NCBI RefSeq assembly: GCF_000315625.1
Contig: NW_005434588.1
Location: 185,151 to 222,021 of the forward strand
DNA length: 36,871 nucleotides
Origin: Guillardia theta CCMP2712
Taxonomy: Eukaryota > Protista > Cryptophyta
Direction of reading: 5' to 3'
A program made the translations under genes and the position numbers. Of this stretch, positions 11,101 through 23,579 are shown in pieces (the first letter of the stretch is position 1; the number at the start of each line of letters is the position of its first letter). The notes under the pieces were generated by a model. The model saw nothing but the letters and a program-made list of their open reading frames with translations. It did not search any database and had not been told where the DNA came from.

Positions 11101-14100
11101 ACAAGGTATCATATCATCCCAAATGAACACAGAAAATACAGGTAGAACAGTGAAAGACTACATCTACACGGCAAGTCGCGACGGAGAGGAGAGCAGAGGT
11201 TTACATTTTCTCTCTTGTCGGACCCGAGCTTGAGGAGAGCGTCGACAATGGACAACCACAACTGGACTTTCTCGATCCTCGTCGACTCTTTCTCTTCTTC
11301 CTGCTCTTCCTCCTCTGCGATTAACTTTGCAGTGACGAATTCTGCACAATCACGAAGGGAAGTGATTGCGGCAAGGCTGAGATTGAAGGTCATGTGCGAG
11401 TTTGGAATGGATTGGCAGAAAGCTCTGATCTACCTTGTCTCCAAGTCCAAGGTCTGCCTGCCGAACGCGATAGCAAGATGAAGGAAGGAGGAGAACTCTT
11501 TCTCGTCTAGCTCGCTCAAGAACTCGCTCGAGACCAGAGATACGCACTTGATTCCTTCTTTCACCTGTACTGAAGTCACTGCAACAGCTGAGGTCTGACA
11601 AGCTGCGTGGAGAACGAGAGAGGCACCGAAGGAGAGACAGGAATGGAATAGTTGCACGCAAGGAAAACACGTAGTAAAGAAGATGTAGAAGAAGATTCAA
11701 AGGGTCCAGGAGACAGAGCCAGTGCCAGTGAATCAATGAAATCTATTTGTTTCTCTTACCAACGCCACGTCGTTGGACTTGGAGATGTTCGTGAAGGTTT
11801 GCATGAGAATGGACCAGCTTGACTTAATCGATTTTCCCCTCTTCTTGAGAATCTCGAAAATGCACCTCAAGATCTCCATCTTCACTTCTTTCGGCGACTG
11901 ATTGAAGATCTGAGCACGATGGTGAGACACAATCATCAAACGCGCGTGAGTCATCATCGTCATCGTCGTCAGAAACAACCACCACAACCAAAATCACAAC
12001 CAAAATCTTTTCATTATCATCTCCACAACCACAATCACCATCACAACCAGCACCAGCACCAGCATCATCATCATGTACCTCAGCAAGAGATCCCAGCATA
12101 CTCTTCTCAAGCTTGTCGTCCGAAGCTTTCGCGAGGTCTCTCTTCTCCAGAAAGCTGTCGACGAATCTCTCGAAGATCGAGATCGCAGCCTGCATGAAAT
12201 GATCAGTGACAGAACAAAGTGAGAAGAGCTTGTTTCAACCTTTCTGATCTGACTCTCTTCATGAATGCAAAGTTTGACGATGGTGGTCTGTAGAGAGTCC
12301 CATATCTCTTCCAACCGTGCGTGATTGCTCTCAGCGACCACAAATGCACAAGACATCCCGAAGTAGACAGAGTCTGCAGACAGAATGTGAGTGAGCTGCA
12401 AGATGCTCTCTTCAAGACTCTACTTAAGTTGTTCTTGTCTGCTGCATCTTCCACACTCCCGTCTTGAGCCTCTTCCTGATGACAACCATGAGCGAAATTC
12501 AGGCGCAGGCATCGCAGTTTTGCCTTCTCCGTAGGAACAGCAGCCTGTTCCAGCGTCTTGAGTAGCGACATGCAAGCGTCTCTTGAAAGTTTGTCGCTGT
12601 CTTCAAAGATCTTGTCGATTCCCCTTGAAACGTGCTTGAGAAATTTCACGTCCTCCTGGGCGAAGCCCAAGGACGTGGAGGCTTCAGATGTCTTGTCTTT
12701 CATGTACACAGACAACTTCGTCTGCAACCCGAAGTCTGTGGAAGCGTGAGAGGGCAATCTGGATCGTTGACAACAAGTCCTTACTTGCAATGTTTGCAGT
12801 CCAATACTGCAAGACAGGAAAGAGAATCTTCCAAGAGTGCTGCATGTCTTCGCCCAAATCGAACACCTTTCGTACTTGTCATCCCCACGCTTCTCTCACA
12901 CGCTCCTACCATGCGGATGATCGAGTCCAGGATGAGCAGGCGAGGGCGTGCAGGCAGTTGTGTTGTGGAGTCTGGAGCTGGAGCACCGACAGCTTTGCAG
13001 ATGATGCTTCAAGGGGCGTCAGGTCGTTCTTCACCAACAGCCCAAGATTGTACCTCAACGCAAGGTCTCTAGAGTGGAACTGCCTGAGCTCGTTGCTCGC
13101 TTGCATGTAGGAGCAGAGGGACCTCAGGACGAGTTGCAAGAGCCTGTCATTCTCGATGTGTTGCATGCAAAGGCGAGTCAATCCCATCAGTGAGATGGTC
13201 CAACTGTCGATCATGTGGTTGCACACCTGGAACGAGTCAGCAGCATGACAACTACAACAGCAAGCCCGTCACCTTGGACGATGCGCTCTCTTCATCTGGT
13301 TTTGTGTCTGTCACAGTATACGATGGGTAATCCTCGAAGCTGCTCAAGGAAGAAGTAGAGATAGGTCGTTGAAGGTTGCACATCTCATTCATCGCGCATG
13401 ACAGGTTCGAGGAGCAGATTATGGCAAGCTCGAACGCGATCGTGTCCCAATCAGGAGGTAAAACTGGTTCTTCGCCCTGGATAAAGAAATATCAAGGATC
13501 TGCTGTAGCAGACGGGCAAAGATTGCAAAGAGGGCTCACAGAAACGGTGTCGATGATTCTCTTCCATGACATCTTCTCATCTTCAGTGATGGACAAGAAG
13601 TTCTTCACAGGCAGCTCTCGTTGGGCAGCGACCATCTGCTTGCTTGATCGTGTATTCTTTGTCTCTGCAGCTTCAATCAGATCCTGTCCAAGCAAATTTT
13701 CTCGGCACGTGGCTCTATCGCATGAATCATTGTACTGATGATCAACTCAATTTCTCATGACATGAGTCTTGCCAAACAAGCAACGAAATCAACGATATCC
13801 ACACAGCAATACAACATCTGCAACACACAGAGCCAAGGGTAAAGTCTAATGGCAGACCTTTTGGATGAGGAGGGTCGAGATAGTTTGAAACTATCGCAGC
13901 AAACGCATCCATCTCCATGTCAATCACGTTCTCTGCATCGCTTGACTGATTGAGTTCGCTGCTAACGATGTGAATCTTTTTCAGTCTGGTCGGAAGTTCG
14001 TCGGATGTTGTATATTCGTGTAGACATTCAAGAGCAGCAAGTTTCAGCCATGACGGCTTGGCCTCCTGGAGCATGGAATCAGGCATTTTCAGCACAACGA

Positions 14101-17100
14101 AGGAGACCAAGATTGCAAGAACTGTTTCGCACTACAAAGATTCGATTGGCAAGAGGTAGTGAGAGGATGCATACGGGTCAAGAACCATCCATGAGATCGA
14201 CAGTAACAACACCACGACAATCTCGCATCAACGATGAGAAGGGAGAGAGAGAGGCGCCGTCACCTGTGCCATGTGCACAAAGAGAGAGATCATGTTTGCC
14301 ACACAAGACAACAGGTTGGATTCGCAATCGTCGTTGCAGTCGTCATCACTGCAAAAAGTTGTCAACCCTCACACCTCCCTTCGCATTCAGCAGACCTGTT
14401 GGGAGCAGAATAGTAGCTGATCACTGCCGAGCAACATCGCAACAGCCTCACAATCTTCCAGACATGATCAGCGCAAAGACAAGTTGGTATGGAGCGATCT
14501 CACAGCAATGTTGATGTCTTGTGCAGAGACAGCCTGTTTCGAATCTTTCATGACGAAAGCTCGGGTTCCAGCCTCAGCGACTCTTTGCAGCTGATAAACA
14601 AGGACCGAACAAATCTGATCGTTCAGGATGTTGAGGAATGATTTCGACCTTCCCAAAAGTAAGAATGTCATCGCACAGACAACACGAGAGAACGAAGCAC
14701 AGCGTCGATCATTTTCAACTCCACATCACTCTCAACTCCACATCATTTCATCATGGCATGCATCGTCTCAACTTCACGGCATCCATTCGTGTTCATCACA
14801 GGTCATACTTGTGAAATATCTTGCTCTCAGCACGGAGAATGTCGTCCAGAATCCCGAGGATCATGGGACATACTGAGAAGTGGGGGCGAAACTGAAGCTT
14901 CTTGCTCGTCTCCAGCTTGATAATGGATGAGAACTCTCGGAAGAGATGCGATCCGATCATCGTCACGTGGCTCTCAAGATCTGCAGGCTCAGCTTCGGTA
15001 CTCTTCTTGGCGAGCTCTTGCATGACGATGATGGCCTCCCTGCATTCTCCTTCGTACAACTTTGAGAGAAGGTCAAAGAATCCTTCCAGTGACGACTTGA
15101 TGGACAAATTTGCAATCTGCAGTCGAAAGGATGGGAGAGATCAGTCTGCAACGCATACTTGCAAGCTCTGTGGACCTGTGCGGCGTGAGTGTAGCGGCTT
15201 CCATGCAATGACAAAAGAGTCTCAATGCAAAGAAGCATCGCTTTCTCCTGTTTGCACAGACGTGTCAGAAGGAGTAATGAATATGTTCCGCCCTCTAGAT
15301 CAAAATTCTATCTTGCTACTTGGTTCTGGTTTCCTTAAATTGTACATCTAGGTATCGCTCTCATCCATAGCTCCATTGCATCCCTTCTCAACTTGCTCAT
15401 TCATCTGTCTTTGGGAGAATACGTAGCAAGGGGGCAGTTGGAAAACGTACATGGAAGCATATTCTTGGCGACTGCAGTGACGTGCTGCACAACTGAAGAA
15501 ACAGAGACATCACTACAACTGTAGCGGTCACTGCCCGGTCTCACGACAGCACCTGGACGATTCGAAGTTGAAATGCTTCGTCTGTGCTGTCAACGGCTAG
15601 TCTGAACACATTTGAAGCCTTCACAAACTCGTCCTGGATCCTGTATTAGGGTTGAACGACCTCGGAAATTATCTGGCTTACCGGATCGATCCCATCGCAG
15701 GCCGCAAGGCGTTGAAGCATTGAGAGTCCCATGCGAGACAAGTTTGCAGTCTTGCTCTCAGAGGCCTGTACAGAATGCAAGTTCAGAAACATGAGAGAAA
15801 GCAAGTTCAGAAACATGAGAGAATGCAAGTTCAGAAACATGAGAGAATGCAAGTTCAGAAACATGAGAGAATGCAAGTTCAGAAACATGAGAGTTGCTCG
15901 GACGTTTCGATACACCCCGTGGCATCCAAACAAAACAGCAAAACTAAAAGATTTGCTTTGCGAATTTACACTTAACCCGTGTCTCACCTGGAGAGCGATC
16001 TTGAGGATTGCATCACTCGATCTGATCGACTTCGTCAGGCTGTCTTGATCATGGTGCTCCTCATCAATGTCGCGGATGATCCTAAATCAAAGTCACATAC
16101 GAAATGAGCGATAGAACAGACACATTTCACAACGGATGCTCATACACATCTGAGGCTCATCAAAGAGATTCTTATCGCATGCCTCAAACTTCACCTCTCT
16201 GCGCTCTTCAAGAGCTCACGATATCTGTATTGACTCCTTGGGGTGTTCGTTTCCAGCGTCTCTAGGTCCTTGAGAAGAAGTTTGCACACTTCACTCGTCA
16301 TGTGCGAATCTGGCTTCGTCGTCATGGACATGGACAATCTTGCAGTCGCCTTGCTCTTATCTTGAGTATCACCCTTTGGCTCTTTGCTCCTCCATCCAAA
16401 CAACGATCCCCCCCAACTCGATCGTGCTTTCTGTGGAATCTTCGCACTTGCTTGATTGGTTTCGGCCGCACCTTGCTCGGGAGTTGTCTGTTTGATTTCT
16501 TGAACATCCTTTTGATTCTCATGATCGTGGTCAACTTCAGCCTCTTCAGTTGTGGCTGTTACTGTAGCTGTCTCAGTGTCAGTCTCTGTCTCTTCGTTCC
16601 CGCTTTTGACATCTTTTTCATCTCCTCCCTTGTCATGAACCCCTTCATCAGCCTTCACTTCCTCTTCCCCGGAATCGGTTGTTGCTTGAGCATCAGGAGG
16701 CGCAGTCTCGTCACGGAGTTCCTCTACCTCAGTCTTCTCGACCCCTTCAGTTTGTTCATCGTTTTCTTCATTGCCTTCCTTCACCTCTGCGTCAGCAGTC
16801 TCCCTTCTTTCAGATTCTTCTCTTTTCTCCTCCTCATCCTCCTCCTCCTCCTCCTCCTCCTCCTCCTCCTCCTCCTCCTCCTTCTCCTGTCCCTCCTCCT
16901 TTTCATCGCCATGATCATGATCATTCTGACGATCACTGTCATCTGCATTTTCGGCTTCGCTTTCTCTAGCTTCTTCCTCGACCTTGCCATCTTCCTCGAG
17001 TGTCGAATTTTCTCCTTGGCCTTCCTCTTCCCAAGACTTCTGTTCATGTAGGCTGCCGTCTTGGGAGTCCAGCTGCTTGTTGGAATCTACCGATCTTGTC

Positions 17101-17324
17101 TCCATCTCATGCGTATCAACATTGGAATTCGGAGAGTCGTCATTGGTCGCCGCATGCTCTTGGTCGTTGAAACCCTCACTGTCTTCATCCTCAACGTCCT
17201 TGCCCTCGACTACTTTGCCCCCGGCATCTTTTTGAGCCTTCCCTTCAATCACCGGGTGATCATCGCCTTCTGCATGATCCTCGTCACCTGCTTGCACATC
17301 CTGTTTCGAATCGATCTCAGGCAT
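8133..17324 (-). CDS. MON2: Protein MON2 homolog (ARF-GEF-like; DCB, HUS, HEAT/Mon2_C), many exons, with a long acidic N-terminal extension; start may lie further upstream (up to 17861)
   Basis: DCB-like segments EVCKLLLKDLETLE...ELLKSAER and ASESKTANLSRMGLSMLQRLAACDGID; KPSWLKLAALECLHE; VFDLGEDMQHSWKILFPVLQ; IDKIFEDSDKLS; KSIKSSWSILMQTF; NLSLAAITSLRDCAEF; LWLSIVDALLKLGSDKREN/VRNESVKVL; C-terminal HLLLLYSTLCKCILSSN/REIRAMAKTLLEKVG. No Sec7 catalytic FRLPGE motif was seen, which fits MON2 rather than BIG/GBF. Confidence 0.85.
8555..8698. repeat. (GAT)n-(GGA/GAA)n compound microsatellite in a MON2 intron
   Basis: Direct reading. Confidence 0.85.
15772..15891. repeat. 24-bp minisatellite x5 (AGAATGCAAGTTCAGAAACATGAG) in a MON2 intron
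   Basis: Five adjacent units, one with a single substitution; lies between donor 15987 and an acceptor near 15766 on the minus strand. Confidence 0.95.
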
Positions 17325-18606
17325 CACTCCCCAAAGCTTGTGACTCAGCCCGATTGGACTGCTGCAACTTATTCCTGATCAACAACACAGTTTCCGTGCG
17401 ATGATGTCCTGTTAGGAAACGAAAGTCAACATCAATGATGCTGAAAATTCCAGGTGCTCCACATAAATTTCAAATCATGGGGAAAGTACTGCCTACTATC
17501 GGGACTTTGGACAAGCGTAAAATCTGGATTTCGCTATAAATTCTACTTTCTCACTGTGAGGTCTCAACTATGTCTCTCTTGCCATCTCACCCTCTGGATA
17601 CAAGCTCGATTAAGCTCCATAGTTTCATAGTCTATCTCCTCTCATCTTTGCAAACTTCTTCCGCGATCGCAAAAATTCGTTGCCCCTGACTAATCGTCCA
17701 AGGTTTCTCAGCTCTCGATGTTGATCAACTGAATGCCATTCAAGTTTGAAGATGGTATAACTGGTAAACAGGAAGATAAAGTATCCTCCCACAGCCATCT
17801 CGCTCGATTTCCTCTGCATTTTTTCATCTTCTTCGCCCTTGTCTACTCTCTTGGCCTCCATGAATTTCGCTTTGTTCCCCCAGACTGGAGGAAAACAGCA
17901 GAAAATTCAAGGGTGGGTGGTCAACCAAGGGAGAGGAGGTAGGGGTGGAGGTTGAACTTCGATAGGGGTATTCACGAACACATGTGGGTAGTATAACCCA
18001 CCCCCTTATATCCCATCATTTTTCCCTACACTTCTCTTTTCAAGTACCCCACCATTTGAGGTAAATTGTTTCGAAACAGATGATGCAAGGGGTAACGTAC
18101 ATCACCATGCGACATGGGTGGGGTACCTTTCCACCCTATCCGACAAAGTCTTTTGTGCTGGGGAATGTAAGGGGTGCTGGTGATGTTGATCTCTAGGTAG
18201 GGTACCCTTCAACCAGTATATAGGGGTAGTTACAGCTGTGCCCAATCACAAAATGGGGTAGGGTACTGATCAGATTTGGGGTAGTGGTCGCTACCCGGTC
18301 CATATTTTCTTCCACCGGTCGTAAGATAGAGTACAAGTGTACCCGTCTTGTGGAAGAATTTTAGCAGGGTACTTGAAAGTACCCACCTCAAGGCTGTCGT
18401 ACCCCTACCCTCAGTATTCTTTTCCCCCACTCCAGTATCCCACCCCTTCCATCAAACCGACATCATACCCCTCCCTTCTCCTCAGATTCACCACCCCCAT
18501 CACCTCATTAGACATACTATACCCCATCAATGACCCCCTACCCATGTTTTGACTGCAAAATCGTTATCTTGATATGGTGGGTACTTTGTTATTTTAAGTT
18601 GGGAGA

Positions 18607-19050
18607 GGCCTTGGGGGCCGTCGCCGGTACGGTCCGGGGCCCGGCCGCGCCGGGCCGGGGGCCGGCTAGCCCGGGCCGCCGCAGTGAAGCCTCACACTAC
18701 TGAGTCACAGTGTCACTAGTAGTACGGCGGCCCGACGGTAACTCGCCTTACTAGCCGAGCGGCTGACTCGTCACGCGGTCCAGCGGCGGGCGGAGGCTGG
18801 CACCGTCGGCGGCCGCCTCCGCCGAGCCGCAGAGTGACTCGTCCGACGCAGCCGCGACCATTCGACGGCGGACTAGTAGCGGCGCGGGCCGGGCCGCCGG
18901 GCCGCCCACGGTGACTAGCCCCTGAGTGCCGCATCGGCGGCATCAGTCAGTCAGCCGCGCCCGGCGCCGGGCCGGATCGGACCACCCGATCATCCTGATC
19001 GGACGGACAGTGATCCGGGCCTGATCGGACCGTACGGACTCGTAGCCTAG
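18607..19050. promoter_or_regulatory. GC-rich palindrome-dense island in the divergent MON2 / J-protein intergenic region
   Basis: Dense CCGG, GGCC, GACTC/GAGTC, GTGAC/GTCAC, ACTAGT, GATC and GTAC, flanked on both sides by GGGGT/ACCCC-rich zones. Confidence 0.55.
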
Positions 19051-19384
19051 TAGTTTGCTTATAAATGCTTACCTGACCCCCACCCCTATTTTCTGCTACC
19101 AACATACCGGTGAAGATAAGTCCCAGGGCACTCCGATGTAAAACCCTTGAATGGGAGCTAGATGATGTGGGTGGGGGGTATATACCCCCACCACTCCTTT
19201 TCCTGGACTAATGACGGGTTCGACAAATCTCCCGACCCCCTGTTTCCTTTTTCCGCTTTATTACGCACACCCTTCACGTGCCGGGTATTTTATGAGGATT
19301 ATCCATACAAAAGGGTGGGTACTCAAAGTGATGATTTGGACCCCCACCCCTTCATTCAGGCCTTTTACAAGATCTTTAGCGAAA

Positions 19385-21930
19385 ATGCGCTGCTGGAGGG
19401 TGGTGATGCTTGGGAGCCGGAGGATGAGCGGGAGGAGCGTCATGGGAGGAGACGAGGACCCTCACGTGGTGAGTAAGAGCATGAAGCCCTGCCGAGGAAG
19501 AGGAAGTGGTACATTGAGAGTTGGAGTGGAACAAGTCGATGTAGTAGCATCTGTTGTCTTGCAAGGATATTGAAGTAACACCGGACATGTACGGGGGGTC
19601 AAACCATCAGTATATGATCGTGAAAATGATCCTGATAGGTAGATATTGATGTAGTACAGTTTTGTTGTCAGTTTCATGGCCATTGGTAGTTGAAGTCAGC
19701 CATTCTTGGGATGCTCCAAGTGAATCTAAAGTCGTTGATTGTTTCGTTCAGATCCTTGGCCTCCCTAGAGGATCCACCTCAGCAGACATCAAGAATGCAT
19801 GGCTGGATCTTGCAAGAAAATGGCATCCAGGTTATCCTCTTCGCCCCTTCCTCCTCCCTGCTTGCTCTCCATCTTGACAGCTGCACTGCGCGTCAGACCT
19901 TCATGGAGCGGCTGGGACAGAGACGCACACGAAGGCGGAAGCTGAGTTCAAGCGTATCCAACATGTACCTCGAGGAGGATTGAGCTAGAGCAGGAGACGT
20001 GGTAGTGGTGGTGGGGAGAGAGAGGATGGGAAGAGGCGAGGAGAGGAGGTTGGAGGGCTTAAGACTGTAGCTGACTGTGTGCATGCTCTTCCTCATCCTG
20101 TTAGGCATACTCCGTCCTCTCGGGCTCAGACAGGACCCTGAGGTGAGACGCCCTCCTCCTCCTCCTGTGCAGCTGTTGGATCTCGGAGGCTGACCGTCCT
20201 GCTTGAAGGTACCAAGACTACGAGAACTTCTCTGGTGCCATGTACGGGAATGGGGAGCATAAGACGACATGGTCCAATAAGCACATTGTGAGGAGGAGGA
20301 GGAGGAGGAGGAGGAGGAGGAGGAGGAGGTGGTGGTGGTGGTGGTGGAGGAGGAGGAGGAGGAGGAGGAGGAGGGAGGGGGGGAGGGGGGAGGAGGAGGG
20401 TGGTGGGTGGTACGAAANNNNNNNNNNNNNNNNNNNNNNNNNNNNNNNNNNNNNNNNNNNNNNNNNNNNNNNNNNNNNNNNNNNNNNNNNNNNNNNNNNN
20501 NNNNNNNNNNNNNNNNNATGATGAAGATGAGGATGATGATGAGGATGAGGATGATGAGGATGATGATGATGATGAGGGTGATGGTGATGGTGATGGTGAT
20601 GGTGATGGTGATGGTGATGGTGAGCATGGGGAGAATGACTAAGACAAAGATGGGTTGGATGATAAATGTCGAGATCGCAATTATTGACAAATCTCTGTTT
20701 GTAGGAGGCACCGTCGACCATTCAGACGTTCACGAGGGTACAGTAGCGCACAACAAGCACAAGCACGCGACACAGCTGCGAGAGTGAGGAGACGAGTCTC
20801 TTGCGGTGTGCAGGTAACGATGGTGTAAGGTGGAGGAATCAGTTCTCGGAGGAAGAAGTCACAAGGCTGAGACATGGTAAGAGACCTCGTGGCATGTTGC
20901 TTGATCGCTGACCCTCCACAGAGAGGATGCATCGCGTTCTCACCAACGCGAGATCGGTATTGCACCTCCGCTCACTGCGAGCTTCGTCTCTCCTTGTTCC
21001 TCCTTCCCCACAGCTGTCTACCGACCTGCTACCTCTTCCTCTACCGCTGTCTCCCGACCCGCTACCTCTTCCTCCACAGCTGTCTCCCGACCCGCTACCT
21101 CTTCCTCCACAGCTGTCTCCCGACCCGCTACCTCTTCCTCTACCTCCTCCTCTCACGATCTACCTCCTCCTGTGACGTGGCACTGACCTCCTCTCTCGCA
21201 GGAAGCTCTGCTTGGAGCCGTAAAGTGGGGAGCAGGCAAGGCTCCTCTATTTGCTCCCTAGGTTTGAAAGTGACACGTCACAGTCACCACCATCTCATGC
21301 GTCGCCATCCTCGCGTCTCCTCTCAAGGCCAAGGTAGAGAGATCTCAAGTCCGTTCCTCTGTCTCTGACCTCCTGCTCCAGCTCCCTGAGGTCCTCACCC
21401 GGACCCCTTCTGTCTGCTTCTACATCTCGGGTGCTATTCCTTGACCCTCCCCTCCTCCCCTCCTCCCCTCCTCCCCTCCTCCCCTCCTCCGCCTGCTCCC
21501 TCCTTCTTGCTCCTAAACTTATCCTCTTTCTCTGACGGATTGGTTCCTCCTGATTCAGGCCTTTCGACCTGTGGATTCTTCGTGCACGGGTTCGACTTGT
21601 TTCTCACCATCTCCTTTTCCCTTCTCCTTCCTCCTCCCTTCTCCTTCTCCGTCCTCTCTCGCTGCCTCCTTGACGCTCTCCGCAGGCACCAGGCAGCGTC
21701 GCCCAACGGCAGGAGACATCGGCACCATGTGAGCACTAGGGAGTTCAAACCTTGGGGGTCCCCCTTTCCTCTCTCCGCCTCACTGCCGCATGCCATACCC
21801 CACTACCCTCTCCTTCTCAACGTTGCGCTCCTCCCTACATTCACAGACGCGTGTCATCTGTCCTCCATGAGTACCTGACAGGATCTTTCACTCAATGATG
21901 AAAATGAAAGAGGACAAGCAAGCTGAAGGA
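19385..21930 (+). CDS. DnaJ/Hsp40 J-domain protein, possibly with an N-terminal organellar targeting peptide; 3' exons uncertain
   Basis: Spliced MRCWRVVMLGSRRMSGRSVMGGDEDPHV / ILGLPRGSTSADIKNAWLDLARKWHP-D / LHGAAGTETHTKAEAEFKRIQH / AYSVLSGSDRTLR. The HPD motif is created across an intron; DPxxILG and FxxIxxAYxVL are J-domain motifs. Confidence 0.85.
21008..21139. repeat. 33-bp minisatellite x4 (CCACAGCTGTCTCCCGACCCGCTACCTCTTCCT), probably intronic
   Basis: Four adjacent near-identical units. Confidence 0.9.
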
Positions 21931-22191
21931 CGAAACCGTGACTCTCCAACTGCTCGCTGTTGCCTGTATGTATTTTTTATCCTCCAGCTCAAGTCTCACC
22001 TGAAGGCCCTGATTGTCATTAAACGATTTTGTGAGACCAACAACTTGCATTGAGAGCACACAGAAACACGTTGCAATTTGTTTTTTCGTCTGTAATGTTT
22101 CTAGTTTTTAACTTTCGATTAGCAATATAATTCTACACCCAAAAAGTTGCACACATCATCCGGACCAGTGAAACTGACCTCACCCCTCCCA

Positions 22192-22876
22192 TCAATCTTG
22201 CGTCATTCCTGCAGCACGCTGAGCGAGCCAGATCTTTTTCTCCTCCAGATATCTAAACGAACGCAGTCAGAAGGTCCAAAGGAACATCCACCTCCTCCCC
22301 AACCTGTCCTTCGCCGCAGTGGCACGATCCTCATACTCCTTCCGCACGGCTGGATCCATCTCCCTCCACATCTCTCCCAACTTCTTTCCAAGCTCAAGAA
22401 ACGACAATCCTACGCCCCGATCAGCAACATACTGAGCATGCAAGGTCTGCTTACCTGGGTTTGCAGCTTTGACCTCCTCTCTGACCGTGTTGGAGAACAG
22501 GACGAAGGACGTCGCTGGTTTCTTGGGTCCTCCCTGGAGCACCTGCTGCTTGAAACTTTCACTTCATCGAATGGCTTCGCATTCAAGTCGCTAACCTTTT
22601 TCCTCCTCCTCCTTCCCTTGGTACCGATCTCGGGCGCCTTACCAATCTTTCCCATCGGCATAGGGTACGCTGCTGGCATCCCGGGGTATCCAGGAGGCCA
22701 TGTGCCATAGGGCTGCATCTGGCCTTGAGGAGCATACATCTGTTGTGGTCGTCAGCAAGTCCCCCGCATGTTGCACCTGCTCTCACGGCTGGAGGGGGGT
22801 ACCCTTGCGGCATCCCAGGCTGTTGCGGAGGATACCCTCCTGGGTAATGATACGCTGATGGTGGAAATGCCCACAT
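22192..22876 (-). CDS. HMG-box protein (NHP6/HMGB-like) with a P/G/Y/Q/M-rich low-complexity N-terminus
   Basis: Spliced MWAFPPSAYHYPGGYPPQQ...GRRRRKK / VLQGGPKKPATSFVLFSNTVREEVKAANPG / LSFLELGKKLGEMWREMDPAVRKEYEDRATAAKDR / YLEEKKIWLAQRAAGMTQD*. Canonical HMG box: PKKPxxxF, KKLGEMW, YxxxAxxxKxRY. Confidence 0.93.
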
Positions 22877-23579
22877 TCTGTCGCTTGCCTCCTTCAAAAC
22901 TGAAAGAAATATGAGATCACGATCGATGATGGGAAAGATTGGCAGGAGATTCAAATTTTCATGCCCCTCGATGGCAGGAGATTCAAATTTTCAGCTTAGT
23001 TGAATCGTGTACGAAAGTGTATCGCATGCATGGACATTCAATTGGCACTTTATACACTATATGTTTGCACGTCTTGAATTTTCAAGAAATGAAGATGATG
23101 GGAGGGAAGTGAAGACGTGTGTGACTGAGTGTTCATCAGAACAGCTTGGTGAAGGTGGTGGGTTACAACGAAGCAAAGGAGAAATGAACAGGATGATAGC
23201 ATAACACAGACTGTACAAGGAAGCTCAAGCTAAGAATCATAACAAAGGATGCATAGACAAACACAGTCAAGGTAAGCGGAGGGCGAGAAAGGCGACTCGG
23301 CAAGACATTGACGATGGAGAGGATTAGGATGAGGACGGCGACTAGGAATCAATGGTACGAGCGAGCAAGGGAGACGCAGCAAGGGGAGGTCGGTTGGGCA
23401 TGAGGGAGGAGGAGGAGTTTCAAGGACAGAGGCTGGCAAGGACAGAGGAGGGGAGGGTCAGGAGAGACGAGAGCCATACGACTCTGAAGAAGCATGGAGG
23501 AGGCGAGGAGGTGAGGTCAAGGCAGTTTGCTCTTGTGGTAGTAAGCTTGGGGGTGGTACAACAACTCAGTACCACCCCT

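Noticed and set aside
15772-15891. CRISPR-like 24-bp repeats
   Set aside because: Units are directly adjacent with no unique spacers, sit inside a spliceosomal intron, and no cas genes are present.
8133-17324. BIG/GBF Sec7 ARF-GEF
   Set aside because: No Sec7 catalytic motif was seen, and the C-terminus fits MON2.
17625-17861. 78-aa ORF as a separate gene
   Set aside because: No motif; it may be a 5' exon or UTR of MON2 and cannot be resolved.
17910-18600. Telomeric repeats
   Set aside because: G-rich motifs are dispersed on both strands and are not tandem.
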